Below, piece by piece: positions 17,909 through 35,720 of a stretch of 64,000 bases of DNA. Below the pieces are notes generated by a model. The model was not told where the DNA came from, did not search any database, and saw only the letters and a list, made by a program, of their open reading frames with translations. The DNA is from Aotus nancymaae (taxonomy: Eukaryota): NCBI RefSeq assembly GCF_030222135.1, contig NW_026988463.1, forward strand, positions 27,112,907 through 27,176,906, in the 5' to 3' direction. The position numbers and the translations under genes are program-made. The stretch's first letter is position 1, and each line of letters starts with the position of its first letter.

Positions 17909-18139
17909 TCAGGGGTGCAGTACAGGCACCACGTGGTTATCCGCAGGAGCTTTAGGGGTCTGAGCAGACTGAAGGGATATCCCCTCCCCGGGGCTGGGCC
18001 CACTGACCACCTTTCTGCCCAGGGGCTGACCCTCAGGCCCCATCCCCAGCAGCCCAAAGGCCGTGTTGAAGAGGTTGATGGGAGTGGAACCGTCGGTGAT
18101 GAGGGTTGATTTCAGGCCCAGGGACTGGAGCAGTTTGAC
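17909..18139 (-). CDS. MVP: MVP exon 15 coding part ([76 protein letters not shown], stop TGA at 17911-17909); short 3' UTR
   Basis: Acceptor AG at 18141-18140. AATAAA on the minus strand (17906-17901) lies just after the stop codon. Confidence 0.9.
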   Translation of the reverse strand, partial: VKLLQSLGLKSTLITDGSTPINLFNTAFGLLGMGPEGQPLGRKVVSGPSPGEGISLQSAQTPKAPADNHVVPVLHP

Positions 18140-18294
18140 CTGGAGGGTGAGAACAGGAGGAAGTTGAGAAGATGGGCATCAAACCCTGGCTACTTCTCCT
18201 CGGCTGCCTCTCTAGGGAGCCAAGCTGCAGAGTGACTCTCCTTAAGTCAGCTGGTTTGAAGGGTCACCTCTCCTGCATCTGATCACCCTGTTCA

Positions 18295-18786
<492 letters not shown>

Positions 18787-18787
18787 T

Positions 18788-19053
18788 TATTTTTTGACCC
18801 AGGCTGGAATGTAGATCAGGACTCACTGCAGCCTTGAACTCCTGGGCTCAAAGAAGTCTCCTGCCTCAGCCTCCTGGGTAGCTGGGACTATAGGCACATG
18901 CCGCTACAGCCAGCCAATTTTTTTTTTGTTGTTGTTGTAGAGAGGAGGTCTTGCTGTGTTGCCCAGGCTGGTCTTGAACTGCTCTCAAACTGACCTCAGA
19001 TGATTCTCCCACCTCAGCCTTCCAAAGTGCTGGGGTTACAGGCATGAGCCACC
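18788..19053 (-). mobile_element. Alu (MVP intron 13)
   Basis: Alu consensus in reverse complement. Confidence 0.85.
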
Positions 19054-19077
19054 ACACTAGGCCTCTTTTAAAATTTA

Positions 19078-19380
<303 letters not shown>

Positions 19381-19384
19381 TTAT

Positions 19385-19543
19385 TTTTACTTTTTATGGA
19401 CAAAGTCTTGCTCTGTCACCCAGGCCGGAGTGCAGTGGCAGGATCTCAGCTCACTGCAGCTTCAACCTCCTGGGCTCAAGTGATCCTCCCACCTCAGCCT
19501 CCCAAAGTGCTGGGATTGCAGGCGTGAGCCACTGTGGTTGGCC
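19385..19543 (-). mobile_element. Alu with an internal deletion
   Basis: Partial Alu consensus in reverse complement. Confidence 0.75.
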
Positions 19544-19857
19544 AAAGCAGAATCTGAACCCAGATCATCCAACCATCTCCAAAGTCCTCCATCCACTGAA
19601 TGAATTACTTATCCAGCATGTCAGTCACATGAGACATTCAAATTTTCAGCATCCTTTAGATCACGTGGTCCCTCAGAACTGTCCAGCAAGTCACCCTTAC
19701 CAGCCAGCCCGAAGGAACTGAGGTAGAGGGATGGAGCTAGGAACATGTAGTCAGTGAGGTGTGAGTCCCAGCTCTTCCACTGTTTAACTAGTGACCTGTG
19801 GGGCTCCTGAGCCCAAGCCTCAGCCCCTCATCTACCTACCTTACTGGGATTTTTGTT

Positions 19858-20283
<426 letters not shown>

Positions 20284-20572
20284 TAATGGGATTTCAAGCA
20301 TTAAGTAAGGTCATTCGTGTGAAGCACACGTGATGCCTGTGCCAAGGTGGCCGGTGCATGAGCGCTCAGCTGCAAAATGGGTGTTCTAATCCTTACCTTC
20401 CAGGAATGGAGTCAATGAATCCTACAAGGCAAAGGACTTTGTCAACTACAAAGTACTTGGATAGGGCTTTATGTTGGGGGACCTGGTATCCTACACGGTC
20501 TCAGGGACTGGAAGGAATGGGGTTTTCCAGGCCTCAAGGCCACCCCCTTCCTGAGGCATAACCCCCACTCAC

Positions 20573-20699
20573 CGTCTCGATGGCCAAGGCCTCTGCTTTC
20601 AGCTTAGCCTGCAGCACGGACCCTTCTCCCTCAATCCGGGCTGCCTCTGCCCGGGACTCGGCCTCCGCCTTGGCGTTCCCGGTGCTCTCCACGGCCATG
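20573..20699 (-). CDS. MVP: MVP exon 13 ([43 protein letters not shown])
   Basis: 42 codons; donor GTGAGT. Confidence 0.9.
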
Positions 20700-20885
20700 C
20701 TGGGGAGGAAGCAGAGTCAGGTAAGACCTGGGAGACAGCCCAGTCCTCCCACAGCCTTGACTTATGCTGTAGCCACGCACAGGTGCGCACCATCTTATCC
20801 ACGCCCCACCCTGGCGTGCTGCCCACCAGCTGCTGTCCCAAGATCCTCAGCCCCTGCCAGTCTCCTCCTCTTGTTCTCAACCCAC

Positions 20886-21002
20886 CTCAGAGCCTCCAGC
20901 TCCAAGAGTTCCTTGCGCGCTTTCTCAGCTTCTGACTGGTCCAGGATCTTCTGCCGCTCAAGCCGGCCGCGGGCTTCCTGCTCCAGTCTCTGAGCCTCGT
21001 GC
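20886..21002 (-). CDS. MVP: MVP exon 12 ([38 protein letters not shown])
   Basis: 38 codons; GT-AG boundaries. Confidence 0.9.
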
Positions 21003-21674
21003 CTGGAGGAGACAGAGCGCAGGTGAGAGGCTGGCATGGGCCGGAGCGGAAACAGGAGCACCAAGGGCAGCGACCACCAACCAAACTGGTGCCTGGGACG
21101 GACTCCGGCCCCTAGAAGGCACTCGACAAGCAACTCAACCCAGAATGATGCAGGTGCCGCAAGCCGGTGTCATTCTAGGCCTGGCAAATGCAGGCGTCAT
21201 CGCGGCCCCTGCTTTCACGCCACTTGCCTTCCAGTGGGAAAAAAACAAGCACACAAGGAGGATTTCAAACAGTGACAAGTACTTTGAAGGTAGTAAAGTG
21301 GGAGAGACCAGGCAAAGAGGGTGCTATTCAGCTGTGAGAGAAAGAAAAGGACTTCCTAAGGCGGGGAGCTTTGGGCTGAAGCCAGAAGGAGGAGCTTGCC
21401 TAGAAGGGAGCTGGGGGCCGGTGGTAGGGGGTGGGAGGGGAGCTTTCTGGGCAGCGGGAACAGCCAGTGCAAAAGGCCTTCAGGTGGGTCCAAGCTGTGG
21501 ACTGAAGGAGCAGAAGGGGGCCAGTGGGGCTGGAACACGTTCCGGGGACGAGGAACATGGAACGGGGAGGGTGGAAGGCAAATCGGGGGAGGCTGGCTGG
21601 ACCTACGGGAAGGAGTTTGGGTTTTATCACATGCAAGATGGGAGGCTGCAGGAGCCGCATCTGATACATGCCTT

Positions 21675-21855
21675 TTTTTCTCCCCCACTTTCTCTTTTGA
21701 GACAGGAGGGTCTGTCTCCCAGGCCTGTTGCCCAGCCTGGAGTGCAGTGGCACAATCATGGCTCACTGCAGCCTCAAACTCCTGGCTTCAAGTGATCTTC
21801 CCGCCTCGGCCTCCCACAGTGCTGGGATTACATGCATGAGCCAGCGCGCCCAGCC
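21675..21855 (-). mobile_element. Alu, partial (MVP intron 11)
   Basis: Partial Alu consensus in reverse complement. Confidence 0.8.
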
Positions 21856-22017
21856 TGTTTCACATTTTAAGTGGGTCACCTGGATCTGTCAGCTAGGGAA
21901 TAGATCCTTGCGGGTGGGGACAGCAGCAGGCAGTCCATAGGGGACACCAGATTATCCAGGTCCCGGCAGTGGCCTGCCATGGGCATGATGGGCAGCCAGG
22001 CTCCCGGCCTCACTCAC

Positions 22018-22404
22018 TTGGCTGCTGCTTCCTGGGAGTTGGTGGTGATCTCAATGGCCAGCTGGACGCTGCGTTGCAGGGCGTCCCGGGTCCTCTGGTC
22101 CACGGGCTCTACTGACTGCACATCCACGCTGCTGACCACCAGCCCATTTTGGGGGAAGACAGCCCGATCCCGGGGCCTGGGCAGGGCTATGCCATCAGGG
22201 CCCTTGGCTTCCGAGGTCTCAAAGCCAAAGACAGCAGTGCGAATGATGCGGGCTGAGTTCTTATGGAAGTCATCGAAAGTGACAGAGGCCACAGCCCCCC
22301 GCACCCGGGATGCGATGGCCTTGCAGGCGTCACCTACAAAGTCTGGCACTGAAAAGAGCTTGGCTGTCTCTTGGGGGTCCTTCCGGTCATTCACCTCGAA
22401 GTGC
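22018..22404 (-). CDS. MVP: MVP exon 11 ([129 protein letters not shown])
   Basis: 128 codons with phase 1 to 2; donor GTGAGT. Confidence 0.9.
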
Positions 22405-22455
22405 CTGTGAACAAACAGTCTCAGAATGGGAAAACCGCTTTCACCCAGGAATCTC

Positions 22456-22584
22456 TTTTTTTTTTTTGGAAAGAAATAAGGTCTTGCCATGTTGACCAGG
22501 CTGGTCTTGAACTCTTGGGCTTAGGCGACCCTCCTGTCTCAGCCTCCCAAAGTGCTGGAATTACAGGTGTGATCACGCCCGGCC
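22456..22584 (-). mobile_element. Alu, partial (MVP intron 10)
   Basis: Partial Alu consensus in reverse complement. Confidence 0.8.
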
Positions 22585-22734
22585 AGCAACTCTCAGAGAA
22601 CTTCAACACTCACCCTCTATGGCCGGACAGGGTCTCTCACAATGGAGAATGCTAATGTATGCCTGGCAAGGGCCTAAGAAAACACGTGCTCTCCTTTAAT
22701 CCACTCAGCCACCCTCTGAGATGGTAATGATCAT

Positions 22735-22840
22735 CACCTCCATTTTGCAGATGAGGAAGTAGAGGTCCAGAGAGGTCAAGTGACTGACCCAAGGCCATAT
22801 AACATGTGGCAAGCCAGAAAGCTGAACCAGGCAGCTGCCC
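22735..22840 (+). repeat. MIR fragment
   Basis: CATTTTGCAGATGAGGAAGTAGAGGTCCAGAGAGGTCAAGTGACTGACCCAAGGCCATATAAC matches the MIR core. Confidence 0.7.
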
Positions 22841-22933
22841 CAGGGGCCTGTGCGCTCAACTATGATGCTATAGTGCCTGGGAATATGTCAGCAGCTGTCT
22901 GCTGCCATCCGGGCACTGGCTGCTTCCCGCTAA

Positions 22934-23247
<314 letters not shown>

Positions 23248-23261
23248 TTTTCTTTCCTTTG

Positions 23262-23532
23262 TTTTTTCCTTCTTCAAGACAGGGTCTCCCTCTGTTGTCC
23301 AGGCCGGAGTGCAGCAGCACAATCATAGCTCACTGCACCCTCAAATTCTCCCACCTCAGCCTCCCAAGTAGTTGGGTCTACAGACAGCTACCATGCCGAG
23401 CTACTTTTTAAAATTTTTTTGTAGAGACAGGGTCTCGCTATGTTGCCCAGCCTGGTCTCAAACTTCTAGCCTCAAGCAATCCTCCTGCCTCAACCTCCCA
23501 AAGTGCTGGGTTCACAGGGCACCATCCCTGGT
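23262..23532 (-). mobile_element. Alu (diverged)
   Basis: Alu consensus in reverse complement. Confidence 0.85.
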
Positions 23533-24103
23533 CATGAACACTGTTTCTGTACATGATTTATCTCACCTAATCCTAATAGCTGCCATTGAGCTCTGACCAC
23601 ATTTGGGGCACTGTTCTAATGCTTGTTGCATCCTTTCAACAGCTTTGTGAAGGAAGCAATGCTGTCTTCTTCATGTTACTGATGCGGAAACTGAAGAAAG
23701 CACCCTGTCCCTTGCCCAGGTCCACAGGCTGCAAACAGCAGGGCTGGGGCACAGGCCAGGGTGGTCAGTTTCAGAACATGTGTTCTCACTGCCCGCTGGC
23801 ACCGCCCACTTCCGCTGGGTGTGTCCCTTGCATCTTTTAACAGCCTGGCATTAAGCATTTGGCTGCAGGCACGAAGGGAGCTTAACTGTGTAGTGTCTTG
23901 CTACTGGGTCCCCAAGTGCTGATCCCAGGAGGTGAGCTCATGCTTCACTGTATTTGCGTGACTTCCTGGGTTCCCTCTTGACCTCGGGACTGAAGGAGGT
24001 GTCCTGCTCTCATGAGGAGCCCAGAACTTGAGCAGGCACCTCTTTTTCTTGGGGTTCCTGGGCTGCATCCAGCAGGAGCCCTCACCCACTGCTCCCCACC
24101 CGG

Positions 24104-24254
24104 TTTGGTTTGAGACAGGATCTTGCTCTGTCACCTAGGCTGGAGTACAGTAGGGGCATCATGGCTCACTGTAGCCTGGACCTCCCGGGCTCAAGCGATC
24201 CTCCCACCTCAGCCTCCCAAAGTGCTGGGATTTCAGTAGTGCACCCCGCGCCTG
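24104..24254 (-). mobile_element. Alu, partial (MVP intron 10, about 15 bp from the exon 10 donor)
   Basis: Partial Alu consensus in reverse complement. Confidence 0.8.
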
Positions 24255-24268
24255 ATCCCTGTTTTTAC

Positions 24269-24466
24269 CAGTTGTAGGCCAGCTGCAGTTGCAGCCTGGC
24301 ATGGTCCGCCGTTTCAATGGTGATGACGTCTGTGAAGAAGTCAGGCCCCAGCAGCAGGCAGAGTGCACGGCGGGCGTGGGGACGCTTGGGCCGCCCGGCC
24401 GAGAGGGACAGCACCGTGAACTGCTCCTCAGGACCCAGCGACACCAGCTCAGGCCCAAAGACCACA
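24269..24466 (-). CDS. MVP: MVP exon 10 ([66 protein letters not shown])
   Basis: GT-AG boundaries; donor GTAA. Confidence 0.9.
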
Positions 24467-24544
24467 CTGCAGAGAGAGCTGGGGGTCAGAGCCAGACCCA
24501 TGGAGAGCCGCCCCCACACCCTGCCCGGCCCCACCAGCGCTCAC

Positions 24545-24789
24545 CGGGCTCGCTTCGCTCGGTAGTCATACACCTGCACGGCAGCGTTGTGGGGCACGCG
24601 GTAGCTGACCACGCGGGTCTTGTTCCGGGGCGCGGAGGGCTGGAGGCTCTTAGCTGTGCCCTTGTCACCCCTGTCCGCCAGAGGGTCCTGCCCCTTGTTG
24701 AGCAGCTCCTCTACCCCAGGAGGCAGCTCCTTCTCCCACAGGACTTCGTCCTCCGTCAGCATGTAGGTGCTTCCGATCACGGCGCGCAC
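24545..24789 (-). CDS. MVP: MVP exon 9 ([82 protein letters not shown])
   Basis: GT-AG boundaries; the ORF track entry 24541..24939 covers this exon. Confidence 0.9.
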
Positions 24790-25132
24790 CTTGGGGTGAG
24801 GACAGGGAGGGATGCTGCCGGTGATGGTGGAAGGGAGGAAGACCCGCCCAGCGGTCCTGGTCCCGAAGCACAGCCCGTCCATCCGGGGAAGGTGCGGGGC
24901 AAGGTTAAACATGGCCTCCGTGGGGAGGGCAGGGTCCACCCCGCGTTTGCCTTCGGCTGGCCCTGTCGTTGTGGGCTAACTACCTCACCCCTAGGGCTTC
25001 AATTTCCTCCTCTGTCAAGTAGACTTGAGAGTGGCTACCTCCAGGGGTGGAAGGGTGAATGACATCTCCCACATCTATCTCAAACAGCCCTTGCACAGAG
25101 AAGGTGCTCTATGTTATTTCTAGAATTTTCTG

Positions 25133-25432
<300 letters not shown>

Positions 25433-25744
25433 TCAAGGGGCAGTTTGGAGGGCACCCCAGGGACTGTGAAGTAGGCCGTGTATACGGACACTCCCTTGGG
25501 TTCCGAGCTGGACTTCCAGCTTGGATTCTTAGAGAAGGTTGGAGATGTGGCCCAAGGTGAAATCAAGGTCAAGGTTTTAGGTGAAGTAGCAAAAATGAAA
25601 GATTCTACTGGCATATGGGCATGGGGGAGGAGGTCTTTCTTTCCCCAGCCACTCCATTAGATCTTCATGCTGGGGACCAGGTCTGCTGTGAGACAGGGTC
25701 CCTGTCCTAAAACCCTGCTTGCCTTCTTAGGGGAGATTCTAACT

Positions 25745-26531
<787 letters not shown>

Positions 26532-26888
26532 CTAATGGAGAGACGAGAGGTTAGCGCCAGTGCCTTTAGGCTTGCGGATGCCTCAGATGGCACCTCCCCA
26601 GCCCCGTGCTGGGGTGGAACATCAGGCTTCTGTGGAGGACAGGAGCCCTAGAAGCACGCCCCCACCCCCACATCATAATACGGTGAGGCTCTACACAATA
26701 CCTGCCAAATCTCATCTGGTCAAATGTGTCCTTGAAAGATTCCATAAACTGTCAGGTCCTAGATCCACACAAGCTAAACCATTAAAAATCAACCTCTTTT
26801 TTCTCCTTTCTCCCAGGCTTTGTTTTCTAGAGAGGGTGTAACCTAAGGCTTGACGAGTTCTGGTTTTCAGGCCAAATCTGGATTCTGC

Positions 26889-27188
<300 letters not shown>

Positions 27189-27473
27189 ACCGCCTGTTTT
27201 TTAAAAATTTTATTGAGCTATAATCCACATATGAAATTTTCCCATCTAGAGTATACAATTCAGTTGTTTTAATATGCTCAAAGTTGTCCACCCATCACTA
27301 CTATGTAAGTCTAGAATATTTTCATCATCACCCTGAAAAGAAATCCTGTACCTAGTAGAAGTTACTGCTACTCCCCACCCACCCTACCCACCACTCGTCT
27401 ATTTTCTTTATTTACCTATTCTGGACATTTCATATAAATGGAATCATGCAATATGTTGTCTTTGATGTCTGGG

Positions 27474-27779
27474 TTTTTTTTTTTTTTTTTTTTTTTTTTT
27501 GAGACAGAGTCTTGCTTAGCCACCTAGGCTGGAGTGCAGTGACGCGATCTTGGTTCACTGCAACCGCTGTCTCCCAGTTCAAGCGATTCTCCTATCTCAG
27601 CCTCCTGAGTAGCTAGGATTACAGGCACCCACCATCATGCCTGGCTAATTTTTGTATTTTAGTAGAGATGGGGTTTTACCATGTTGGCGAGGCTGGTCTG
27701 AACTCCTGACCTCAGGTGATCTGCCTGCCTCCGCCTCCCAAGGTGTTAGAATTACAGGCGTGAGCCACCACGCCCAGCC
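27474..27779 (-). mobile_element. Alu
   Basis: Long poly-T then the Alu consensus in reverse complement. Confidence 0.9.
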
Positions 27780-27857
27780 AGCTTCTTTCACTTATCATAA
27801 TGTTTATCAATTTTAATCCATGTTGTAGCACATATAAGTATGTCGTTTCATTGTCTT

Positions 27858-28355
<498 letters not shown>

Positions 28356-28427
28356 TGCCATTTCTTTCTTATGACTGAATGATATTCCATTGTATGGATA
28401 TGCCACAATTTTTTATCTATTCGTTAA

Positions 28428-28787
<360 letters not shown>

Positions 28788-29145
28788 TAAAATATTCCAG
28801 GAACGCAGCAGTACTCGCTTGTTTATGTACAGCCCGTGCTGCTTTCCTGACATAACAGCAGAGTTGAAGAACTTTCACGGAAATTATGACTCACGGAGCC
28901 TGGAATATCTACCATCCAGCCCCCTTTACAGAAAGAGTTTGGCAACTCCTGGGATTTCCACATATAGTTCAGAGAGGGGATGAGGTACGGGGTGGGAGAG
29001 GGTACACCAAGAGGTTTGTTTTACAAAAGATGACAAAGCAAAGCGAACACCAGAACATAAAAGATGTGAAATAGTCACCGTGTGCTAGTTCAGGCCACTG
29101 CTGACTGCACATGGTGGTCCCGTAGGATTATAATGGAGCTTTGGG

Positions 29146-29444
29146 TTTTTTTTTGGTTTTTTTGAGACAGTCTCCCTCTGTCACCCAGGCTGGAGTCCAA
29201 TGGCACAATCTTGGCTCACTGCAGGCTCGACTTCCTGGGTTCAAGTGATTCTTGTGCCTCAGCCGCCCAAGTAACTGGAATTACATGTGTGTGCCACCAC
29301 ACCCAGCACAGTTTTGCATTTTTAGTAGAGACGGGATTTCCCGATGTTGGCTAGGCTGGTCTTGAAACTCCTGACCTCAAGTGATCCACCTGCGTCAGCC
29401 TCCCAAACTGCTGGGATTACAGGCATGAGCCACCGCAGCTGGCC
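29146..29444 (-). mobile_element. Alu
   Basis: Alu consensus in reverse complement. Confidence 0.9.
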
Positions 29445-29972
29445 TTACACTGTATTTTTACAGTACCTTTTCTATGGTTATATACACAAGTACTTACCAT
29501 TGTGTTCAGTTGCCTGCAGTGTTCAGGACAGTCACATGCTGCGCAGGTGGGCAGCCTCGGGGCAGGCTAGGCCATCTAGCCTAGGTGTATAGTAGGCTGT
29601 GCCACCTAGGTTTACGTAAGTGCACTCTTTTGCACAAAGACAAAATTATCTAATGACCATTTCTCAGAATGCATCCCCCTTGTTAAGTGACACACGACTG
29701 TATCAGAGAGTTGCAGGGTCTCGGGCTGGGGGGCAGCCAGAAGGCCTTCCCAGAAAGAGAAGTAACTTCAGGTCTGAATGGTAAGGTGGAGGCTGCCAGG
29801 AATCAAATGGGCCAGGGTCTCAGGCGTGCGAGAACTAAGCATGCAAAGGCACAGAAGATGTTCCTAGAATGTGCGTCTGAAGGAAAGAAGGGAGAAAGGG
29901 CAGAGGGCCTCGTGCCACTCGAGGGCATTCGCCTCCCAGGGTCATCCTCTGCGGCGGGTGCCGGGGCCTCAC

Positions 29973-30209
29973 CTTGACCACGCGCTTCTGCCCCAGCTGA
30001 TTCTTGCCATCCTGTCCAACGGGGTCGAGAATCACACAGTAGTTGCGGGGGCCCAGGGTGGTGATGAGCACAACCCCCAACACCTCCTCATGGACATCTG
30101 GTACATGGGCCTCCGTGTCCTGCACTGTCACCAGCCACTCCTCTCCAGTGCGGCGGGACAATCCCATGAAGTCCTGGAAGTTCTGCCGAGCCCGGAGGTG
30201 CAGGGCTGT
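29973..30209 (-). CDS. MVP: MVP exon 7 ([79 protein letters not shown])
   Basis: 79 codons with exact phase; donor GTGAGG. Confidence 0.9.
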
Positions 30210-30325
30210 CTGCAGAGCAAGATTTGGGTATTTGAATGACCTGCCTCCAACTTCAGGGGATCTGCGAGCCCCTTTAGCCACCAAATGCTCTCAGGTCTCA
30301 GAGAAAATTTCTACCAATTGAGGGC

Positions 30326-30985
<660 letters not shown>

Positions 30986-31122
30986 TGATCTCTGAATTTT
31001 TTTTAAGTGACCCTAAAATTATTGCTTGTCTTTTACTCTCATGCCATCCTGCCACTATTCTCTGCCTCTCAGAAGGTTCCCTAGCCCCAGGTCCCTTAAA
31101 CCACAGCCCTCAGACCACCAAC

Positions 31123-31217
31123 CTTTTCTGTAAGGATCACGGCATCCACCAAATCCAGGACTTCCTCAAACACCGCTGGAAGGTACGCCCCCACTGTGGT
31201 GACCAGCCATTCTTCCC
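31123..31217 (-). CDS. MVP: MVP exon 6 ([31 protein letters not shown])
   Basis: GT-AG boundaries with reading phase preserved. Confidence 0.85.
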
Positions 31218-31424
31218 CTGGGCCGAGAGTGGAGGGTAAGTGACGAGGGTCCCCCAGCCTGCTCCCCACCTGCCTCTCCCACAGCCTAGACTCAGGGGAT
31301 TGGCAGATTTCATTGGCAAAGATACGCCACTGGCCCAGGCTCAAGGTCCTGACTGTAGTCCTCTTATTCACTCATTTGAAGCCAGAGGAAAACAAACTCC
31401 CACCCCAGTTGAATTTTAAACACC

Positions 31425-31702
31425 TTTTTCTTTTTTTGAGACGGAGTCTCCTTCTGTCACCCAGACTGCGATCTCAGCTTGCTGCAACCTCAGCCTCCTG
31501 AGTTCAACTGATTCTCAAGCCTCAGCCTCTTGAGTAGCTGGAATTACAGGCACTTGCCACAATGCCTGGCTAATATTTGTATTTTCTGTACAGATGGGGT
31601 TTCATCATGTTGCCCAAGCTGGTCTCAAACTCCCGGCCACAAGTGATCCACCCACCTTGGCCTCCCAAGGTGCTGGGATTCCAGGTGTGAGCCACCGCAC
31701 CT
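31425..31702 (-). mobile_element. Alu (MVP intron 5)
   Basis: Alu consensus in reverse complement. Confidence 0.85.
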
Positions 31703-31822
31703 AAAAGCCTTCCTAAGAGGCCCAAGTTGCTGCTATGCTGACAGCGTGCTTTGCCTTCCCTAAGCTCCAAAGACCAACCTTTGTCCTTCTCCTAAAACGG
31801 GCAGCAGAACTGTCTCTGGTAG

Positions 31823-32263
<441 letters not shown>

Positions 32264-32569
32264 TAAACATGTGCTTTGTTGATCCAGAATCAGATAAGAC
32301 ATGGCCACCGCCCACAGCTCATGGTGAAGGTGGGGGAAGGAAAAGCTACGTCAGGCCCCATGATCATGGTCACATTTTCTGGCCCAAGTGGAAACAGCAT
32401 GAAGTAGGGGTGGGGAAAGAATGGCAGTGGGCGGCCCTCAACAGCTTTCAAGAGATACCAGGAAAGCACCTCTCTGGGGCTACAGGAGGCTTTCCTTAAC
32501 TTTTCCATGTTTTCCCTGCAGTGGGGGTCCCTCCTGCCCACCTGCCGTCATCGCCCCTTGGTGCCCCAC

Positions 32570-32701
32570 CTGTCACCCTTTCCTTGCCGTTCCGGTCCCA
32601 GCACTCCTTGCGGGCCCTCAGCCGCAGAGCCTGGTTCTGCCTGATGATGGTGGCCTGAATGATCTCCACGACCTCCACTTCCTTCCGGGGGATGTACGTG
32701 C
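32570..32701 (-). CDS. MVP: MVP exon 5 ([44 protein letters not shown])
   Basis: GT-AG boundaries with reading phase preserved. Confidence 0.85.
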
Positions 32702-32811
32702 CTGGCGAGGGAAGAGGACGTGGAAGGTGATGGTCAGAAGGTATCGGGGCTATGGCAGGAAGGCAGGGAGCCCCTGACTCCGACTTAGTATCCGTGGAGA
32801 CAGAACTTACC

Positions 32812-32935
32812 AGGTCCCTCGAAGAGCCACTCGTCTCCGGCCACCACTTTGTCTCCGTCTTTATCTTCAAAATCGAGCAGCGCCTTCAGATGGAGGGCAG
32901 TGTTGGGCAGAACCACCTGCAGGGGCGTGATGTCC
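32812..32935 (-). CDS. MVP: MVP exon 4 ([42 protein letters not shown])
   Basis: GT-AG boundaries with reading phase preserved. Confidence 0.85.
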
Positions 32936-33056
32936 TAGTGGGGAAGAGGTGGGGACACAGAACAGTCAGTGCTGTGACACCAGGGCCACTCCTGATGCTC
33001 TGGAGGCAGGCCCACAGCATCCATCTCTGCATGTCCTGAAATAAGACTAGGGTAGA

Positions 33057-33352
33057 GGCCAGGCGCGGTGACTCTTGCCTGTCATCCCAGCACTTTGGGA
33101 GGCTGAGGTAGGAGGATCACTTGAGCTCAGACATTCAAGACCAGCCTGGACAACACAGCAAGATCCCATCTCTACAAAAAAAAAATAATTTAGCCAGGCA
33201 TGGTGGTCCACACCTGTAGTCCCAGCTACTCGGGAGGCTGATGCAGGAGGATCACTTGAGCCCAGGAGGTTAAAGCTTCAGTGAGCTACGACTGTACCAC
33301 TACACTCCAGCCTGTCTCTTTTTGAGACAAGGTCTTGGTCTGTCTCAAAAAA
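33057..33352 (+). mobile_element. Alu (MVP intron 3)
   Basis: Forward Alu consensus. Confidence 0.9.
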
Positions 33353-33367
33353 AAGATCAGAAGACAT

Positions 33368-33425
33368 GACCAAGGTCACACAGCTAGTGAGAAACAGAAT
33401 CAAGACTTGAACTCTGGTCTTGAGT
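33368..33425 (+). repeat. MIR fragment
   Basis: GGTCACACAGCTAGTGAGAAACAGAATCAAGACTTGAACTCTGGTCTTGAG. Confidence 0.55.
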
Positions 33426-33804
33426 GAAGCCTGCCCTGCTCCTGACTCTGATGAGGCTGGTCCCAGGCTGGAGGAGCTGGCAGAGGGACTCCACTCCACC
33501 CACTGGCCGCACACTGGCTATAGAGCAGGGTGGAGGCTTGCTGCTCGGAGCACCTTTCCCTGCTCACCCACTTCCTACAGGGCACCCTGGTTGTGGTGGC
33601 GAGAACATATCCCGTCTTCATGAAGTTTAAATTCCAACAGGGTGATAACATACAGATGCCAACCATTCTGTCCCAGCAGACTACAGATACTCTCAGGGTG
33701 AGAGGTTCTTCAGGTGTTCAGATGAAGGAGAAGTTAGAGAAGGCCCTTTGAACTGAAACTGGGGCTCGAAGAAAGAGCTGGCTTTTTTGGGGGGGAGGGG
33801 GGGA

Positions 33805-33962
33805 CAGGGTCTCTCTGTGTCATCCAGATCCAGGCTGGACTGCAGTGGTATAACCATGGCTCACAGCAGCCTCAACCTTCCAGGCTCATGTGATCCTCCC
33901 GCCTCAGCCTCCTGAATAGCTGGAATTACAAGCGTGTGTTACTACTCCCAGCTAATTTTTTT
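33805..33962 (-). mobile_element. Alu, partial
   Basis: Partial Alu consensus in reverse complement. Confidence 0.8.
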
Positions 33963-34250
33963 TTTTTTGAGACAGAGTCTTGCTTTGTCACCCAGGCTGG
34001 AGTGCAGTAGCATGATATCAGCTCAGCGCAACTTCTGCCTCCAGGTTCAAGGGATTCTCATGCCTCAGCCTCCTGAGTAGCTGAGATTACAGGTGCATGC
34101 CACCACACCTGGCTAATTGTTGTATGTTTAGCAGTGATGGGGTTTCGCCATGTTGGCCAGGGCTGGTCTTGAACTCCTGACCTCAAGTATTCCGCCCACC
34201 TCAGCCTCCCAAAGTGCTGGGATTACAGGCATAAACCACTGTGCCCAGCC
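33963..34250 (-). mobile_element. Alu
   Basis: Alu consensus in reverse complement. Confidence 0.9.
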
Positions 34251-34278
34251 GAATGTATTCTTTAAAATGAAAGCTTAG

Positions 34279-34445
34279 ACAGGGCATGGTGGCTCACGCC
34301 TCTAATCCCAGAATTTTGGGAGAACAAGATAGAAGGATCGTTTGAGTGCAGGAGGTCGAGGCTGAGTGAGCTCTCATCATTCCACTGCACTCCGGTCTAG
34401 GCAACAGGAGGAGATCCAGTCTCTATTAAAAAAAAAAAAAAAAAG
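34279..34445 (+). mobile_element. Alu, with an internal deletion
   Basis: Partial forward Alu consensus with an A-tail. Confidence 0.8.
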
Positions 34446-34867
34446 TACAAAAATCCCTATATACTCTTCACTTGGATTCCTTAAGGGGTATCATCTTAAT
34501 CATTCTTCGTTTTCTTTCTACACACACGCTTCTTCCCCAAAACTGTCTGCACCTAAGTGGACATGAATGTCTCTAAAAGCTCCCCAGGTCCTGCCATTAT
34601 GCATTCAGGATCAAGCGGCACAGGTTAGTAAAGTCAGTAAAAAAGAATTGAATGGCCAGAAGGTAAAGATGGGAGAACAGGTAAGGGAATGAAGGTGGGA
34701 TGCTCACCTGCTCAGGCCCAGGCCTAAGGCCAAGGGGGACGAGAGGCTGGCTGCAGGTTCAGGCCTGTGACGGCTTCTCCTAGAACAGGCACAGCCCAGG
34801 CCTGGGCTTGTCACTGCTGCTTTGGCACTGCCCACCAGTGTCTGGCACTGGGTGAATGAAGTGCTTA

Positions 34868-35447
<580 letters not shown>

Positions 35448-35524
35448 TTAAAAAAGGCAGTCCAGAGCCCAAGGTAGGTGGAGCGTAGGTAGGGTGGGGC
35501 AGAGGGAGTGAGGAAGCCAGGTAC

Positions 35525-35720
35525 CTTTTCCAGCACCTCCCCTGGGTACAGGGGGAAAGGGTCCTGGGCCAGCCTGATCTCGAGGTCAGCGTGGCGAAGT
35601 CGAACTTGCCCTGTGACATCAAACAGCACCGAGCCCTTGGCATCCCGCGACACAGGGTTGGCCACTGTGCAGTAGTGGCGTGGGGGGACAGTCACCATGC
35701 GCATGGGGGCAAACAGTACC
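35525..35720 (-). CDS. MVP: MVP exon 3 ([66 protein letters not shown])
   Basis: GT-AG boundaries with reading phase preserved; matches human MVP. Confidence 0.9.

Noticed and set aside
21145-21795. 216-aa plus-strand ORF and overlapping minus-strand ORFs in MVP intron 11
   Set aside because: Gly/Arg-rich low-complexity translation of a GC-rich intron that ends in an Alu. No support for it being coding.
24289-25062. 257-aa plus-strand ORF
   Set aside because: Antisense to MVP exons 9-10 and the intron between them; GC-rich; no recognisable domain. The minus strand here is confidently MVP.
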